Shown: positions 40,297 to 50,380 of the stretch, one piece after another
Position numbering within the stretch: the stretch's first letter is position 1
Layout of the letters: every line of letters begins with the position of its first letter
NCBI GenBank assembly: GCA_050944155.1
Contig: JBMNQN010000007.1
Span: 1-54,477, forward strand
Source of the DNA: Candidatus Methanomethylophilaceae archaeon
GTDB lineage: Archaea; Thermoplasmatota; Thermoplasmata; Methanomassiliicoccales; Methanomethylophilaceae
Reading direction: 5' to 3'
Length of the DNA stretch: 54,477 nucleotides
Translations under genes and position numbers: made by a program
The notes under the pieces: generated by a model
The model's input: the letters and a program-made list of their open reading frames with translations, nothing else
Told to the model about the DNA's origin: nothing
The model's database searches: none

Positions 40297-40573
40297 CTCG
40301 GTTTGTAAGATTCCGGATGTAGATATATAACTAGTCGAATTATTATATATTTACATATATATCAATATATATCTATCTATAATGTCTGTATAATAAATAT
40401 CCTGTTAATTTCCGCATAGGTGCCAGTATTTTTTATAGAATATATTTCCAAGAGAATGTTTCCGGAATAACGGACACATCAAAAGTATAAATCCGCTTCG
40501 TCCTGCAGCCGATTTATATCATAATTATGACGATTACAATCTATATATAACATATAGATATATACATATTAAT

Positions 40574-41614
40574 ATGGATAAGCTTAAATCCTCTGTAAAT
40601 GTAAAGTCCTCCGTGGACATAAGACGCGTACAGATTACCGGCGGTTCCTCGTTTATGGTGACACTGCCCAAGGATTGGGCGGAATCCGTAGGAATGAAAA
40701 AGAACGATTCCGTGGGTTTGCAGGCTCAGCCCGACGGAAGTATAATCATTTATCCTCAGGGAATCGAAAAAACAGTAGAAAAAACCGTCAAAGTCATCGA
40801 CGTCGATTCGGTGAAGGACAGAGACTTTCTGTACAGACAGCTGGTCGGATCATATATTGCGGGACACAGTTCGATAGAGCTGCGCTCCGAGAGCCATATC
40901 CCCAGTATGGTTGCGGGTGTCGCTTCGGTTTTCACCCAAACCGCAATCGGTCTGGAAATCATAGACGAAAGCGACACCAGAATTCTCATCAAAGATCTGA
41001 TGGACCAGGCAGAGATGAAACCCGTCAAATCCATAGAGCGTCTCAAGGTTCTGATAAAAAATCTGCTGAGCGACATTCTGGACGGGGCGGAAAGCGGAAG
41101 GAAGAACATAGCGGAAAACCTCGTTGAAAAAGACCGCGAAATAGACCGCATAGACTGGCTCATATCCAGACAGGTCAACATCTATCAGAAGGATTACTCC
41201 CTGGCAAGGAAACTCGGAACCAAACTGACCGAGATTTCCGGGTGCAGCACCGCCAGCAGAACCCTGGAACGCATAGGAGACCACGGTCTGATACTGGCAA
41301 AGAACATAGACGTTCTGAACGAAGAACCCGGAACGGCGGAAGTTCTTAAGGAAGTCGTATCCATCGGACGGGAGGTCATGGAACAGGTTTCCATATCCGT
41401 CTCCACCTGGCTGGACAAAGACATGCATGCCGCCAACAAATGCATAGAGGACAGCGCCCGTCTGGCGGAACGCACGAGAATACTCTCCAGAATGGCTTCG
41501 GACCTGAACCAGAACGTGGGAGTCGCCGTCAGTATAATCGGGGGAAGCCTGAGACGTATGGCCGAGTATTCCATGGACCTTTCCGAACTTGCCATAAATT
41601 CGGCCATGGGATGA
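40574..41614 (+). CDS. phoU: Phosphate uptake regulator PhoU with N-terminal AbrB domain
   Basis: RRVQITGGSSFMVTLPKDW, DREIDR, LERIGDH; divergent from pstS. Confidence 0.92.
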   Translation: MDKLKSSVNVKSSVDIRRVQITGGSSFMVTLPKDWAESVGMKKNDSVGLQAQPDGSIIIYPQGIEKTVEKTVKVIDVDSVKDRDFLYRQLVGSYIAGHSSIELRSESHIPSMVAGVASVFTQTAIGLEIIDESDTRILIKDLMDQAEMKPVKSIERLKVLIKNLLSDILDGAESGRKNIAENLVEKDREIDRIDWLISRQVNIYQKDYSLARKLGTKLTEISGCSTASRTLERIGDHGLILAKNIDVLNEEPGTAEVLKEVVSIGREVMEQVSISVSTWLDKDMHAANKCIEDSARLAERTRILSRMASDLNQNVGVAVSIIGGSLRRMAEYSMDLSELAINSAMG

Positions 41615-41660
41615 GACGGGGACCGTCAGGCTTTACTACTGCGGGAACATAGCGGATGCC

Positions 41661-42215
41661 GTGAAGAACGTCGTAGCAATAACCGGAGCTTCCGGAAGCG
41701 TTTACGGAATACGCCTTCTGGAAAAACTTCCCGGAGAGACCGCGCTGGTGATTTCCGATACTGCGAAGAAAATCATTCCCGCCGAGACAGGCATGTCCGT
41801 AGAAGAAGTCGAAGCGCTGGCACATACGGTTTACGATGATTCCGACATGTTTGCTCCCATAGCTTCCGGCAGCTTCTCCTACGACTGTCTTTTCATCGCT
41901 CCGTGCAGCGAATCCACCGTCGGAAGGATTGCCGGAGGAATTGCCGACACTCTGATTTCCAGAGCAGCCGCCGTGCGTCTCAAAGAACGGAAAAATATGG
42001 TGCTGGTGGTCAGGGAAACTCCCAAAAGCCGGATTATGCTGGAAAACGAGCTTAAGCTTGCGGAAAGCGGCGCAGTTATACTGGACGCCAACCCCGGTTT
42101 CTACTCCAAACCGAAAACCGTGGACGACATAATCGATTTCGTCGCGGGAAAGGCCATGGATTCCGCCGGAATCGAAAACAGCCTTTACAGACGGTGGACC
42201 GGCTCATTCCAGTAA
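41661..42215 (+). CDS. ubiX: Flavin prenyltransferase UbiX
   Basis: AITGASGSVYG, APIASGS, APCS, LISRAA, RETP, PGFY. Confidence 0.93.
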   Translation: MKNVVAITGASGSVYGIRLLEKLPGETALVISDTAKKIIPAETGMSVEEVEALAHTVYDDSDMFAPIASGSFSYDCLFIAPCSESTVGRIAGGIADTLISRAAAVRLKERKNMVLVVRETPKSRIMLENELKLAESGAVILDANPGFYSKPKTVDDIIDFVAGKAMDSAGIENSLYRRWTGSFQ

Positions 42216-45071
42216 TATCGCGGGCCTTCCGGGCACGGCCGCCGCGGATTTTCCCTTCGGGTCGTAGACGGAAGAATCTCCCGCCCTGAAGACTTTTACG
42301 GGAAGACCCAGTTCTCCGCTCAGGAACTCCGAAGCTTCGGAAAGTATTCCGTATTCGTCGGAGTTTGCCGTTATGCGGATTGCGGAAGCATCTTTTCTGG
42401 CCCAGTCGGACGCGGTTTTCTTGGCGAGTTCCGAAGCGGCTTTTCCGTTTCCTCTTATTTCGGGGTCGGACATGCACAGCTTCGTCAGACCGGGAACGGT
42501 GAGTTCTCCGGATTCGGCCATGTCCGCCGCATACGAGTATACTTTCCTTTTCCACGGCGCCGCCGTGTACAGAATAATCCTTTCGGCGTCGGCTCCCGCG
42601 ACCTTTTTGATCTGGGCCACGTCGGAAATCACCGAACGTATCAGTTCTTCGCCGTATTCGGCGGCCGCGTCGGTACCTTCCGGCTCGGGATACTCCGCGG
42701 AAGAAACGAGACCTTCGAAGCCCGCGTTCTCCCAAAGCTCCTCGGCCATGTGGGGAGTGATGGGCATCATGCTCCTTATCCATATACCCAGCACTTCTTT
42801 TGCGGTGTCCGGGTCGGACCCTCCGCGTCTGACGTACCAGCGCAGGTCGTTGAACATTTCGTAATAGACCGTGGTTGCGGTCTGTCTCAGATCGTACTTG
42901 TCCATAAATCTCCGGACATCTGCGATGTGGGTCTGGAATCTGGAAATGAGCCAGCGGTCTATTTCCGAGGGTTTTCCTTCGGTTTTCGCAAAGCTTTCCG
43001 CGAAGGAGAAAATCCTTTCCAGCCTCTGCTTGTACATCATGACGTTTTCTTCGTTCCATTCCACGTCCACGAACATGGACGCTATGTGAGAATAATACAG
43101 ACGCATGGCGTCGGTACCGAAGGTCTCTATCGCTCCGGGAATCGGCTGCGCGCCTCCCTTGGATTTGGAAATCTTCGTCTTCTTTCCGGTAACGTACCAG
43201 TTTACGAGAATTCCTCTCGGCTGCATGTTGTCGGGAAGCAGTGCCGAGTGGTTGAACAGGAACACGGGAAAGTGGACGGTCATGTGTTCTTTACCGCCCA
43301 GATTGATGTCCAGGGGATACCAGTATTCGACGTCCCCGCGGATGTTCTCCAAAAGAGGTATACCCAGTTTGGTGGACTCGGACACGTCGGACACGTTTCC
43401 TTTTCCCAATATTACGTAATCGAAGAACTCTTCGGTCATGTTCTCGGGTTTTATGTTTCCGCTGTTGGCGTATATCGATATTACGTAATACAGAGGATAG
43501 AGGGTGGAATCGGATATCGCTTCGATTATCCACTTGTCGTCGAAGGGGAATTTGGTTCCCAGCCAGTTGCCCTGTCTTACGCAGGCCCTCTCCCTGAACC
43601 AGTCGAGAACCTGGTTCACGTTTGAAGCGTATTCGGCGGGATAGATTTCCATGTCTCCGGTGTGTTTTTTGGTCTTTTCCGTTAAGTCTTCCCTTCCGTA
43701 GTCTATGAACCACTGGTCGTCCACTCTCTTGATGCGGACGCCGCGTCCGCATCTGCAGACCACTTCTTCGGAAAGATCGTAGAGAACTTCCGCCTCTCCG
43801 GTTTTTATCATGGTTTCTTTGATTTTTTCTTTGGCTTCGTCCACCCTCATGCCGGAGAAGGGACCGCAGGAGTCCTTCATGCGCCCGGTGTGGAACCCAT
43901 CCTTGTAAACCTGTTTCTTGGCGATTTCGAGTTTCGGATCGTCGGCGGAAGTTATACCCAGACTTTCCACGGCATCTTTGGCGGGGAAATCCCCGTAGCC
44001 TTCCATGGAGATAATCGATACGGGTTTGATGTCCGCTATCATTTTTTCGGTAAGACCGTATCTGGCATATTCTTCGGGGTGTTCTTTGATGTACTTCAGA
44101 TTGATCCAGTCGTCCGGCGAATCCGAAGGAACCGAAGATACTATTCCGGTTCCCACCGCGGGGTCGCAGAAGGCCGCCGGAAGAACCCTTACGATCCTTC
44201 CCACCATGGGCGCCCGGCAGGTCCATCCTATTATGTCCCTGCCCTGAAGGGTTCCCACGGCTTCGATGCCGTCGAACTGAAGAGTCAGTTTCTCGAGTGC
44301 CTGGGAGGAAACCACCCATTTTTCCTTTCCGTGTTTGACTATGGCATATTCCGTGTCGGGATTGACCCAGACGCAGACCTGCCCGAAAACCGTCTCGGGT
44401 CTAAGAGTTGCCGCGAGAAGCTTGAACTCTCCCAGGTCGAATTTCAGAAGAGTGAATTCCTGGACTTCCGCGTTTCCGCCTTTGGACAGATCCGTTTCGG
44501 ACTGGTCCACGGCGACGGGGCCGCAGTCGGGACAGAAGGGGGCGTAATAGGGTTTCTGAATCAGCAGCCCTTTTTCGTTAAGTTTTCTGAACTGCCATTC
44601 CACGAACTTTCCGTAATCCGGGTATACGGAACAGGTGAATCTGCGCCAGTCTGCAAGGAATCCGAATCTCTTCCAATAATCGTTCACGTATACATCATTG
44701 AAAAATTCCACCACCGCGTGGGGATCCGTAAGTTCCTTGAGTTTGTCTTTGGGGCAGCCGTTGGCTTCCATGTATTCGATGATTCCGGGGTCGCCTCTCT
44801 GGATTTTGCGGGCCAGACTTATGGCGCCGTTTCCGGTGGCGTGGGTTCCCACGGGGAACATCACGTTGTATCCGAGCATTCTTTTGTAGCGTCCTATGGC
44901 ATCGGCGTAAGTGTATCCCCTGAGATGTCCGACATGTAGGTATCCCGTGACTCCGGGATATGCGAAAATAATCATGAATTTGGGGCGTTCGTTTCTCGAA
45001 GCGGATCCGAGGTGCTCTTCCGACCACCTGGTCTGCCATTTCTTTTCTATTTGGATATGGTCCTGTGCCAT
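42204..45071 (-). CDS. leuS: Leucine--tRNA ligase (archaeal type)
   Basis: AYPGVTGYLHVGH, ATLRPET, GTGIVSSVPSDSPDD, KISKSKG, PGRPAI; start ATG 45071. Confidence 0.95.
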   Translation of the reverse strand: MAQDHIQIEKKWQTRWSEEHLGSASRNERPKFMIIFAYPGVTGYLHVGHLRGYTYADAIGRYKRMLGYNVMFPVGTHATGNGAISLARKIQRGDPGIIEYMEANGCPKDKLKELTDPHAVVEFFNDVYVNDYWKRFGFLADWRRFTCSVYPDYGKFVEWQFRKLNEKGLLIQKPYYAPFCPDCGPVAVDQSETDLSKGGNAEVQEFTLLKFDLGEFKLLAATLRPETVFGQVCVWVNPDTEYAIVKHGKEKWVVSSQALEKLTLQFDGIEAVGTLQGRDIIGWTCRAPMVGRIVRVLPAAFCDPAVGTGIVSSVPSDSPDDWINLKYIKEHPEEYARYGLTEKMIADIKPVSIISMEGYGDFPAKDAVESLGITSADDPKLEIAKKQVYKDGFHTGRMKDSCGPFSGMRVDEAKEKIKETMIKTGEAEVLYDLSEEVVCRCGRGVRIKRVDDQWFIDYGREDLTEKTKKHTGDMEIYPAEYASNVNQVLDWFRERACVRQGNWLGTKFPFDDKWIIEAISDSTLYPLYYVISIYANSGNIKPENMTEEFFDYVILGKGNVSDVSESTKLGIPLLENIRGDVEYWYPLDINLGGKEHMTVHFPVFLFNHSALLPDNMQPRGILVNWYVTGKKTKISKSKGGAQPIPGAIETFGTDAMRLYYSHIASMFVDVEWNEENVMMYKQRLERIFSFAESFAKTEGKPSEIDRWLISRFQTHIADVRRFMDKYDLRQTATTVYYEMFNDLRWYVRRGGSDPDTAKEVLGIWIRSMMPITPHMAEELWENAGFEGLVSSAEYPEPEGTDAAAEYGEELIRSVISDVAQIKKVAGADAERIILYTAAPWKRKVYSYAADMAESGELTVPGLTKLCMSDPEIRGNGKAASELAKKTASDWARKDASAIRITANSDEYGILSEASEFLSGELGLPVKVFRAGDSSVYDPKGKSAAAVPGRPAILLE

Positions 45072-45179
45072 AATACTACCCGGTATCGGGCTGAAGAAGG
45101 ACACGCTGATTAAATAGTATTCTGTCCATTGTCTTAGAGAAAGCCGGAACGGAGGGGCCGTAAAGTCTCTTCCGAATGT

Positions 45180-45218
45180 TGTAAGACAATGTCGGACATT
45201 GTCCGACAATTATATATA
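45180..45218 (+). promoter_or_regulatory. Three TGTCnGACA-type palindromes at 10-bp spacing abutting a TATA box
   Basis: TGTAAGACA (45180), TGTCGGACA (45190), TGTCCGACA (45200), then TTATATATA (45210). Confidence 0.6.
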
Positions 45219-45287
45219 CAATCTATTTCATGTTAGTATCAGAGCCAAAAGGGATGGGACTCTGCAAGCTCTAAGCAGGTGAAACGG

Positions 45288-45641
45288 ATGGGTGAAGATA
45301 CTAAGGTCACGCTCAGGATGGGACCCGAAGAAGTCCGGATAATGGACGACTACGTGGATGAGCACCCCGAAATCGGATCCAGGTCCAATTTCATCCGTGC
45401 AGCCGTCCGCGCTTATGTCGGTTCGCGCGAAGCGGGGACGGAAGAGAAAGGCGGAATCTTCGTCCGCTTTTCCGAGGTACAACTGGGCGCTCTGCGCCTG
45501 ATGAAGGAAGAAGGAATCTGTCTGAACGAGGAAGAGTTCGTGAGGAACTGCGTTCTCAGACAGCTCATTTCGGAGGAAACCGCAAAGGAATCCGCCGAGA
45601 ATGCCTTCAGGACAGCCCAGCTTGCCTCGAAAATGAAATGA
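45288..45641 (+). CDS. Ribbon-helix-helix protein (CdrS-like, possibly tandem RHH)
   Basis: KVTLRM...IMDDYV..SRSNFIRAAVRAY; second unit IFVRFS..EEEFVRNCV; upstream of ftsZ-like gene. Confidence 0.78.
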   Translation: MGEDTKVTLRMGPEEVRIMDDYVDEHPEIGSRSNFIRAAVRAYVGSREAGTEEKGGIFVRFSEVQLGALRLMKEEGICLNEEEFVRNCVLRQLISEETAKESAENAFRTAQLASKMK

Positions 45642-45717
45642 AGACGGGATGGGAAAAATACGGCCCCGGCGGAGGGGATGGGACTTGCTCCGCCGGTGTC
45701 CGGAAATAAAAAAGGGG

Positions 45718-46419
45718 ATGCACATGGTCACAGTCAGCACGGCGTGCGGATCGGCGGAAATTCTGCCCCGCACGGCAATCGTAGGAGTCGGAGGCGCGGG
45801 ATGCAGGATTGCCTCGGCGTTTTACGGCAGTCTGACATCCGCCGACATTATCGCAGTCAACACTCACAAAAAATCTCTCGAAGACACCGATGCGGACGTC
45901 AGGATTTTTATCTGCAGGGGCGTCGTTAAGGGAAAAGGCACGGGAGGGGATTCCGCCCTCGGAAGAAAATGTGCCAGAATACATTCCGAAGAAATACGGA
46001 ACGCACTTAAAGGACACGACATCGCCGTTATAGTGGCGGGAATGGGCGGAGGAACCGGATCCGGAGCCGCCGCCGTCGTTGCGGAAATATCCCAGAGTCT
46101 GGGAATAATCACCATGGCAGTGGTTGTGAAACCGTTCTCTTTCGAAGGAAACTCGCGTACCGCGGCCGAAGGACTCAGGTCTCTCAGGGCCGTCTGTCCG
46201 AGTACCATTGCCGTTGAAAACGGCATCATACTGGAAAAATTCCCGGACATGACTCTGAACGAAGCGTTCGGAGCGGTGAACGAAAGCATAGTCGATTACG
46301 TCAAACGCAAAACCGATTTCGCGGCGGAGAACTTCGCTAAAGAACTGAAAAAATCCGGACCCGGAAACCGCACCTCCGGAAGGAACGTACCTGCGGTTAC
46401 CGACGGACTTACTGTCTAA
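45718..46419 (+). CDS. Short FtsZ/tubulin-like GTPase (N-terminal domain only)
   Basis: VGVGGAGCRI, AVNT, GTGGD, AGMGGGTGSGAA, KPFSFEG; ends about 230 aa without FtsZ C-domain. Confidence 0.85.
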   Translation: MHMVTVSTACGSAEILPRTAIVGVGGAGCRIASAFYGSLTSADIIAVNTHKKSLEDTDADVRIFICRGVVKGKGTGGDSALGRKCARIHSEEIRNALKGHDIAVIVAGMGGGTGSGAAAVVAEISQSLGIITMAVVVKPFSFEGNSRTAAEGLRSLRAVCPSTIAVENGIILEKFPDMTLNEAFGAVNESIVDYVKRKTDFAAENFAKELKKSGPGNRTSGRNVPAVTDGLTV

Positions 46420-46439
46420 GCCTGTTTTTCTTCCTCTTT

Positions 46440-46464
46440 GGAGGGGGTTTCCCCCTCCCCTTTT
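46440..46464. terminator. Hairpin between convergent ftsZ-like and iorB genes
   Basis: GGAGGGGG-TTT-CCCCCTCC followed by CCTTTT; T-rich tract upstream. Confidence 0.5.
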
Positions 46465-47065
46465 ACAGGCTGCACTTTCCGGCGCAGTAGGAATATCCCA
46501 GTTCGAAAGCCTTTCTGTTAACCTCGGTGAATTTTTCGGGAACCGTTTCCAGAAGGGTTTCCAGAAGAACTTCCTTTCCGATGGGGAAACCTTCGGCGGC
46601 GGCTGCCGCTCCGATCATCACCGCGTTTGCGGCTACGGCTTTTCCGGCTTTGACCGCAAGTTCGGTCGCATCCAGCGTTATGAGTCTGTTTACGGATTCT
46701 TCCACCGCGGCGACTATGTCGCCGACTTCGGGATAAGTATCGAGTCCGGCCGCGACGGCGGAAGGGAGCACGGGCTCCAGATTCATGATTACCGCCGAGT
46801 CCTTGTTGCAGAGATTGAGATTTCTGCAGGTTTCGGCGGGTTCGAATCCCATGAGAAGATCGGTGTTTCCCGAAGCTTCCAGAGGACTTATCACTCCGTC
46901 TCCGAAACGCACGGTGGAGAGAACGCTTCCGCCCCTCTGGGCCATTCCGTGCACTTCGCTCATGGCCACGCCGTATCCCTGTTTCATGGCGGCGCCTCCC
47001 AGAACCATGGATGCGAGAAGCACGCCCTGTCCTCCCACTCCGACTATCTGAACGGTATACTTCAT
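46463..47065 (-). CDS. iorB: Indolepyruvate:ferredoxin oxidoreductase beta subunit
   Basis: VGVGGQGVLLAS, SEVHGMAQRGGSV, FEPAE. Confidence 0.94.
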   Translation of the reverse strand: MKYTVQIVGVGGQGVLLASMVLGGAAMKQGYGVAMSEVHGMAQRGGSVLSTVRFGDGVISPLEASGNTDLLMGFEPAETCRNLNLCNKDSAVIMNLEPVLPSAVAAGLDTYPEVGDIVAAVEESVNRLITLDATELAVKAGKAVAANAVMIGAAAAAEGFPIGKEVLLETLLETVPEKFTEVNRKAFELGYSYCAGKCSL

Positions 47066-48879
47066 TCCTTCACCTCCAAAGCGCCCTTGGGACATACGTT
47101 GGAACACATTCCGCATCCTATGCACTGAACCGTATCCACGGTCAGCGACCCGTCGGATTTTTTAATCAGCGCGGGACAGGCGACGGATTTCAGACACGTG
47201 TAGCATTTCACGCACTTTGATTGGTCCACCGTACAGGTTTTGCGTACCAGGGCTTTCTGTTTTTTGAGTTCCAGGGGACACGCGCGTTTTGCTATGACTA
47301 CGGCCGTACCGTCGTAATCCAACGCTTCTTCGACCGTTTTGCGCATGGACTTTATGTCGTAGGGGTCGGCGGTTTTCACGAACCCGACTCCTATTCCTTC
47401 GACAAGTTTCGCTATGTCCACCGGTTCAGTGGAAACACCTCCGAAATTCCTGCCGGTGCCGGGGTTGGGCTGATGACCGGTCATGGCGGTGGTGCGGTTG
47501 TCCAGAACTATCATTTTGATTTTATGATTGTTGAATATGGAAGATATCAGAGGCGGGATTCCCGAATGGAAGAACGTGGAATCCCCCATGAAAGCTATGG
47601 GAATCTGATTCGTAACCTGGGAAAATCCTCCCGCGGCACCGGCTCCCCCTCCCATGCACAGCACGAAATCCGCTTCGCGGAACGGAGGCTGGGCTCCGAG
47701 AGTGTAGCATCCGATATCCGAACAGTAAACCACTTCTCTTTTTCCCACGGCGCGTTTGACCGCCGCGAACGTCCCCCTGTGGGGACATCCCGCGCAGAGA
47801 GTCGGAGGCCTTCCGGGAAGGTCGATATTGGCTTTTTCCAGCGGTTTTCCGAATTTCTCCACTTTGACGAGAGAAGAAATGCCGGACAGAATGTCCGGAG
47901 AATATTCCCACTGTCTGGGTAAGTGTCCGGAACGCTTTCCGTAAACCGGGACGTTTATTCCGTTCTGAGCGGATATGCGCAGTACGGCATCCTCGAGATA
48001 CGGTTCCAGCTCTTCCGCAATTATGACGTATTTTTTGTCCCTTACGAAATCGGCGATTTTCTTTTCGGGAAGAGGTGCGGTGAAACCCAGCTTGAGTATG
48101 GAGACGTCGGAAACGAATTCCTTTACGTAAGTGTAGGAAACTCCGGAGGCGATTATTCCCACGTCCCCTTCCCCCTCCACGAAGTTCAGCGGAGAGTTTT
48201 CGGAAAGTTCCATGGCCTTTTTCTGCTTTTCAAGAAGCTTCACCCTGTTGGGTCTGGCATATGCGGGTATGCTGATGAATCTGGCATCGTCCTTTTCGAA
48301 GTGTCCTTTGCCTTCGGTATCATTTATTTCGCCCGTAACGACGATTCCGCGGGCGTGGTTTACTCTGGTGGTGGTTCTGAATATGACGGGAAGTTCCAGT
48401 GCTTCGGATATCCCGTAAGCGGCGGAAATCATGTCCTTGGCTTCGGCCGGAGTGGAGGGCTCCACCATGGGAAGAAGCGACAGTACGGCGTAAGTACGGC
48501 TGTCCTGCTCGTTCTGGGAACTGTGGCAGGACGGATCGTCTGCTGCCATGACGAGCATTCCGGCTCTGACTCCGGAATATGCCAGAGTGTTCATGGGGTC
48601 CGAGGCGACGTTCAGTCCCACGTGTTTCATGAACACAAAAGAACGGACTCCGGAAACCGCGGCGGCTGCGGCGGTTTCGAAAGCGACTTTTTCGTTGGAC
48701 GAGAATTCAAAATACATTCCGTGTTTTTCGGCTTCGGTTTCCAGAATGTTTCCCACTTCAGACGAGGGCGTGCCGGGGTAGGTGGAAGAGAATTTCACAC
48801 CCGCCTCGATAAGACCTCTGGCTATCGCTTCGTTGCCGAGAAGCAACCTCTTTTCTCCGATTTTCTCCGTATCAGACAT
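47062..48879 (-). CDS. iorA: Indolepyruvate:ferredoxin oxidoreductase alpha subunit
   Basis: LLGNEAIARG, YPGTPSSE, MKHVGLNVA, LCAGCPH, GDSTFFHSG, TAMTGHQP, C-terminal 2x[4Fe-4S]. Confidence 0.96.
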   Translation of the reverse strand: MSDTEKIGEKRLLLGNEAIARGLIEAGVKFSSTYPGTPSSEVGNILETEAEKHGMYFEFSSNEKVAFETAAAAAVSGVRSFVFMKHVGLNVASDPMNTLAYSGVRAGMLVMAADDPSCHSSQNEQDSRTYAVLSLLPMVEPSTPAEAKDMISAAYGISEALELPVIFRTTTRVNHARGIVVTGEINDTEGKGHFEKDDARFISIPAYARPNRVKLLEKQKKAMELSENSPLNFVEGEGDVGIIASGVSYTYVKEFVSDVSILKLGFTAPLPEKKIADFVRDKKYVIIAEELEPYLEDAVLRISAQNGINVPVYGKRSGHLPRQWEYSPDILSGISSLVKVEKFGKPLEKANIDLPGRPPTLCAGCPHRGTFAAVKRAVGKREVVYCSDIGCYTLGAQPPFREADFVLCMGGGAGAAGGFSQVTNQIPIAFMGDSTFFHSGIPPLISSIFNNHKIKMIVLDNRTTAMTGHQPNPGTGRNFGGVSTEPVDIAKLVEGIGVGFVKTADPYDIKSMRKTVEEALDYDGTAVVIAKRACPLELKKQKALVRKTCTVDQSKCVKCYTCLKSVACPALIKKSDGSLTVDTVQCIGCGMCSNVCPKGALEVKE

Positions 48880-48979
48880 TTCCGTCCTCTCTGTCGGACA
48901 GGTATGGCAATCTTTTTATTAACTTAGTTGTAAAAACCGTGGAAAACGATAAAAAGAAACTGAGTGTACACGGCAGTGA

Positions 48980-49063
48980 GCGGAGGTAGCCAAGCGGTCA
49001 ACGGCGCAGGACTTAGGATCCTGTCGTAGAAGTTCGTGGGTTCGAGTCCCTCCCTCCGCACCA
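48980..49063 (+). tRNA. tRNA-Leu(TAG)
   Basis: GCGGAGG/CCTCCGC-A-CCA; anticodon arm CAGGA-CTTAGGA-TCCTG; variable arm; GGTTCGAGTCCC. Confidence 0.95.
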
Positions 49064-49074
49064 ATCCCGAAACA

Positions 49075-50346
49075 TCAGTCCCTGAGGCATCCGACGGGTA
49101 CCACGTACGTGCCGTCGGACATCGTATATGCCAGTTCTCCGCCGGTCACAACCATCCTGAATTCCGGTTTTCTGAGTCCCGCTTCTATTATCAGATCTTC
49201 CAGTTTAGAAAGATTTTCCGCGCCCAGTTTTACGTTTGCGGAACCCAGTTTGACCTCTGCTAGACAGTATCTTCCGTCTCTGAGCACGATAACCGCATCC
49301 GCCTCCAGACCGTATCTGTCGCGGTAATAGAAGACTTCGCCTCCGATACCCGAGGCGTATACTTTCAGGTCTCTGAGACAGAGGCTTTCGAACAGCAGAC
49401 CGAACGTACGGAATTCTTCGGTTATATTGTCGGGTGTTATCCCCATGTACAGGGCGGCAATGGACGGGTCTATAAGTTCTCTTTTGGGAGCCGCCCGCAT
49501 AGCTGTTCTGGATCTCACGGAAGGATTCCAGGCAGGGATTTCGTCGATTATGAAAACGTTCTTCAGAGCGTTCATGTAATCGTTGAATTTCGATTCCGAA
49601 ATGGTTACATCATGACCTACAGTATCTTCATAAATTGTTTTTGTATCAGCTAAAGAAGATATGTTTCTTGAATACGAACGTACGATTTTCTTGGCCGTAT
49701 CTACATCTTTAGCGTATTTGGAAAGCGACATATCGTCGCTTTCGTAAATGAGTTCCAGATAGCTTTCCAATTTCAATGCGCATTTACTGTATTCGAGACC
49801 TATGTTTTCCGGCCATCCGCCCCTGCATAAACAATAAGCGATGTCTCTGACCGACAGGGAAGATGTTTTTCCGTCTACTGTTTCTTTACCCGAAAAGAGA
49901 CCGCTTAAGGATACGGTGCCGTTGGAATCACCCGATTCGAAAAGACTCATCGTCCTCATGAACAGGACTCCGATTCTGCCCGCTCCGCTGTGCATATAAC
50001 TTCCCTCAGCAGGAACTCTCGATCCCGTAAGAATATAGAGGCCCGTGCGTTGCTTTTCATCGATTTCCGTACGAACTGCATCCCATATTTTCGGATACGC
50101 CTGCCATTCGTCTATAAGCCTGGGATTTTCTCCGTCCAAAATAAGAGATATGTCCGTCTGCGCAGCCAGAAGATAATCTTCCGACTTTCTCGAATCCTGC
50201 ATCTTTATTACGCTTTTAGCGTGTTTTTCCGCCGTTGTGGTCTTTCCGCACCATTTAGGACCTCTGAGAAGAACTGCACCGAAGGTATCTAAATAGAGCT
50301 GCAGTTGGTCGTCTATTTGTCTTCTAAGATAGACTTTCTTGTCCAT
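49075..50346 (-). CDS. AAA_14/DUF4143-family ATP-binding protein with C-terminal PD-(D/E)XK-like motif
   Basis: GPKWCGKTT, LIDEWQ, YILTGS, GGWP, WNPSVRS, GLLFE, EADAV..LAEVKL. Confidence 0.92.
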   Translation of the reverse strand: MDKKVYLRRQIDDQLQLYLDTFGAVLLRGPKWCGKTTTAEKHAKSVIKMQDSRKSEDYLLAAQTDISLILDGENPRLIDEWQAYPKIWDAVRTEIDEKQRTGLYILTGSRVPAEGSYMHSGAGRIGVLFMRTMSLFESGDSNGTVSLSGLFSGKETVDGKTSSLSVRDIAYCLCRGGWPENIGLEYSKCALKLESYLELIYESDDMSLSKYAKDVDTAKKIVRSYSRNISSLADTKTIYEDTVGHDVTISESKFNDYMNALKNVFIIDEIPAWNPSVRSRTAMRAAPKRELIDPSIAALYMGITPDNITEEFRTFGLLFESLCLRDLKVYASGIGGEVFYYRDRYGLEADAVIVLRDGRYCLAEVKLGSANVKLGAENLSKLEDLIIEAGLRKPEFRMVVTGGELAYTMSDGTYVVPVGCLRD

Positions 50347-50380
50347 TTACAGTGTATATATCTATATCACTACTTATTAT

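Noticed and set aside
13075-49063. Shared 3' ends of tRNA-Ser and tRNA-Leu (TCCCTCCCTCCGC) as attL/attR of an island
   Set aside because: Both are complete tRNAs, the interval holds core genes, and no integrase is present
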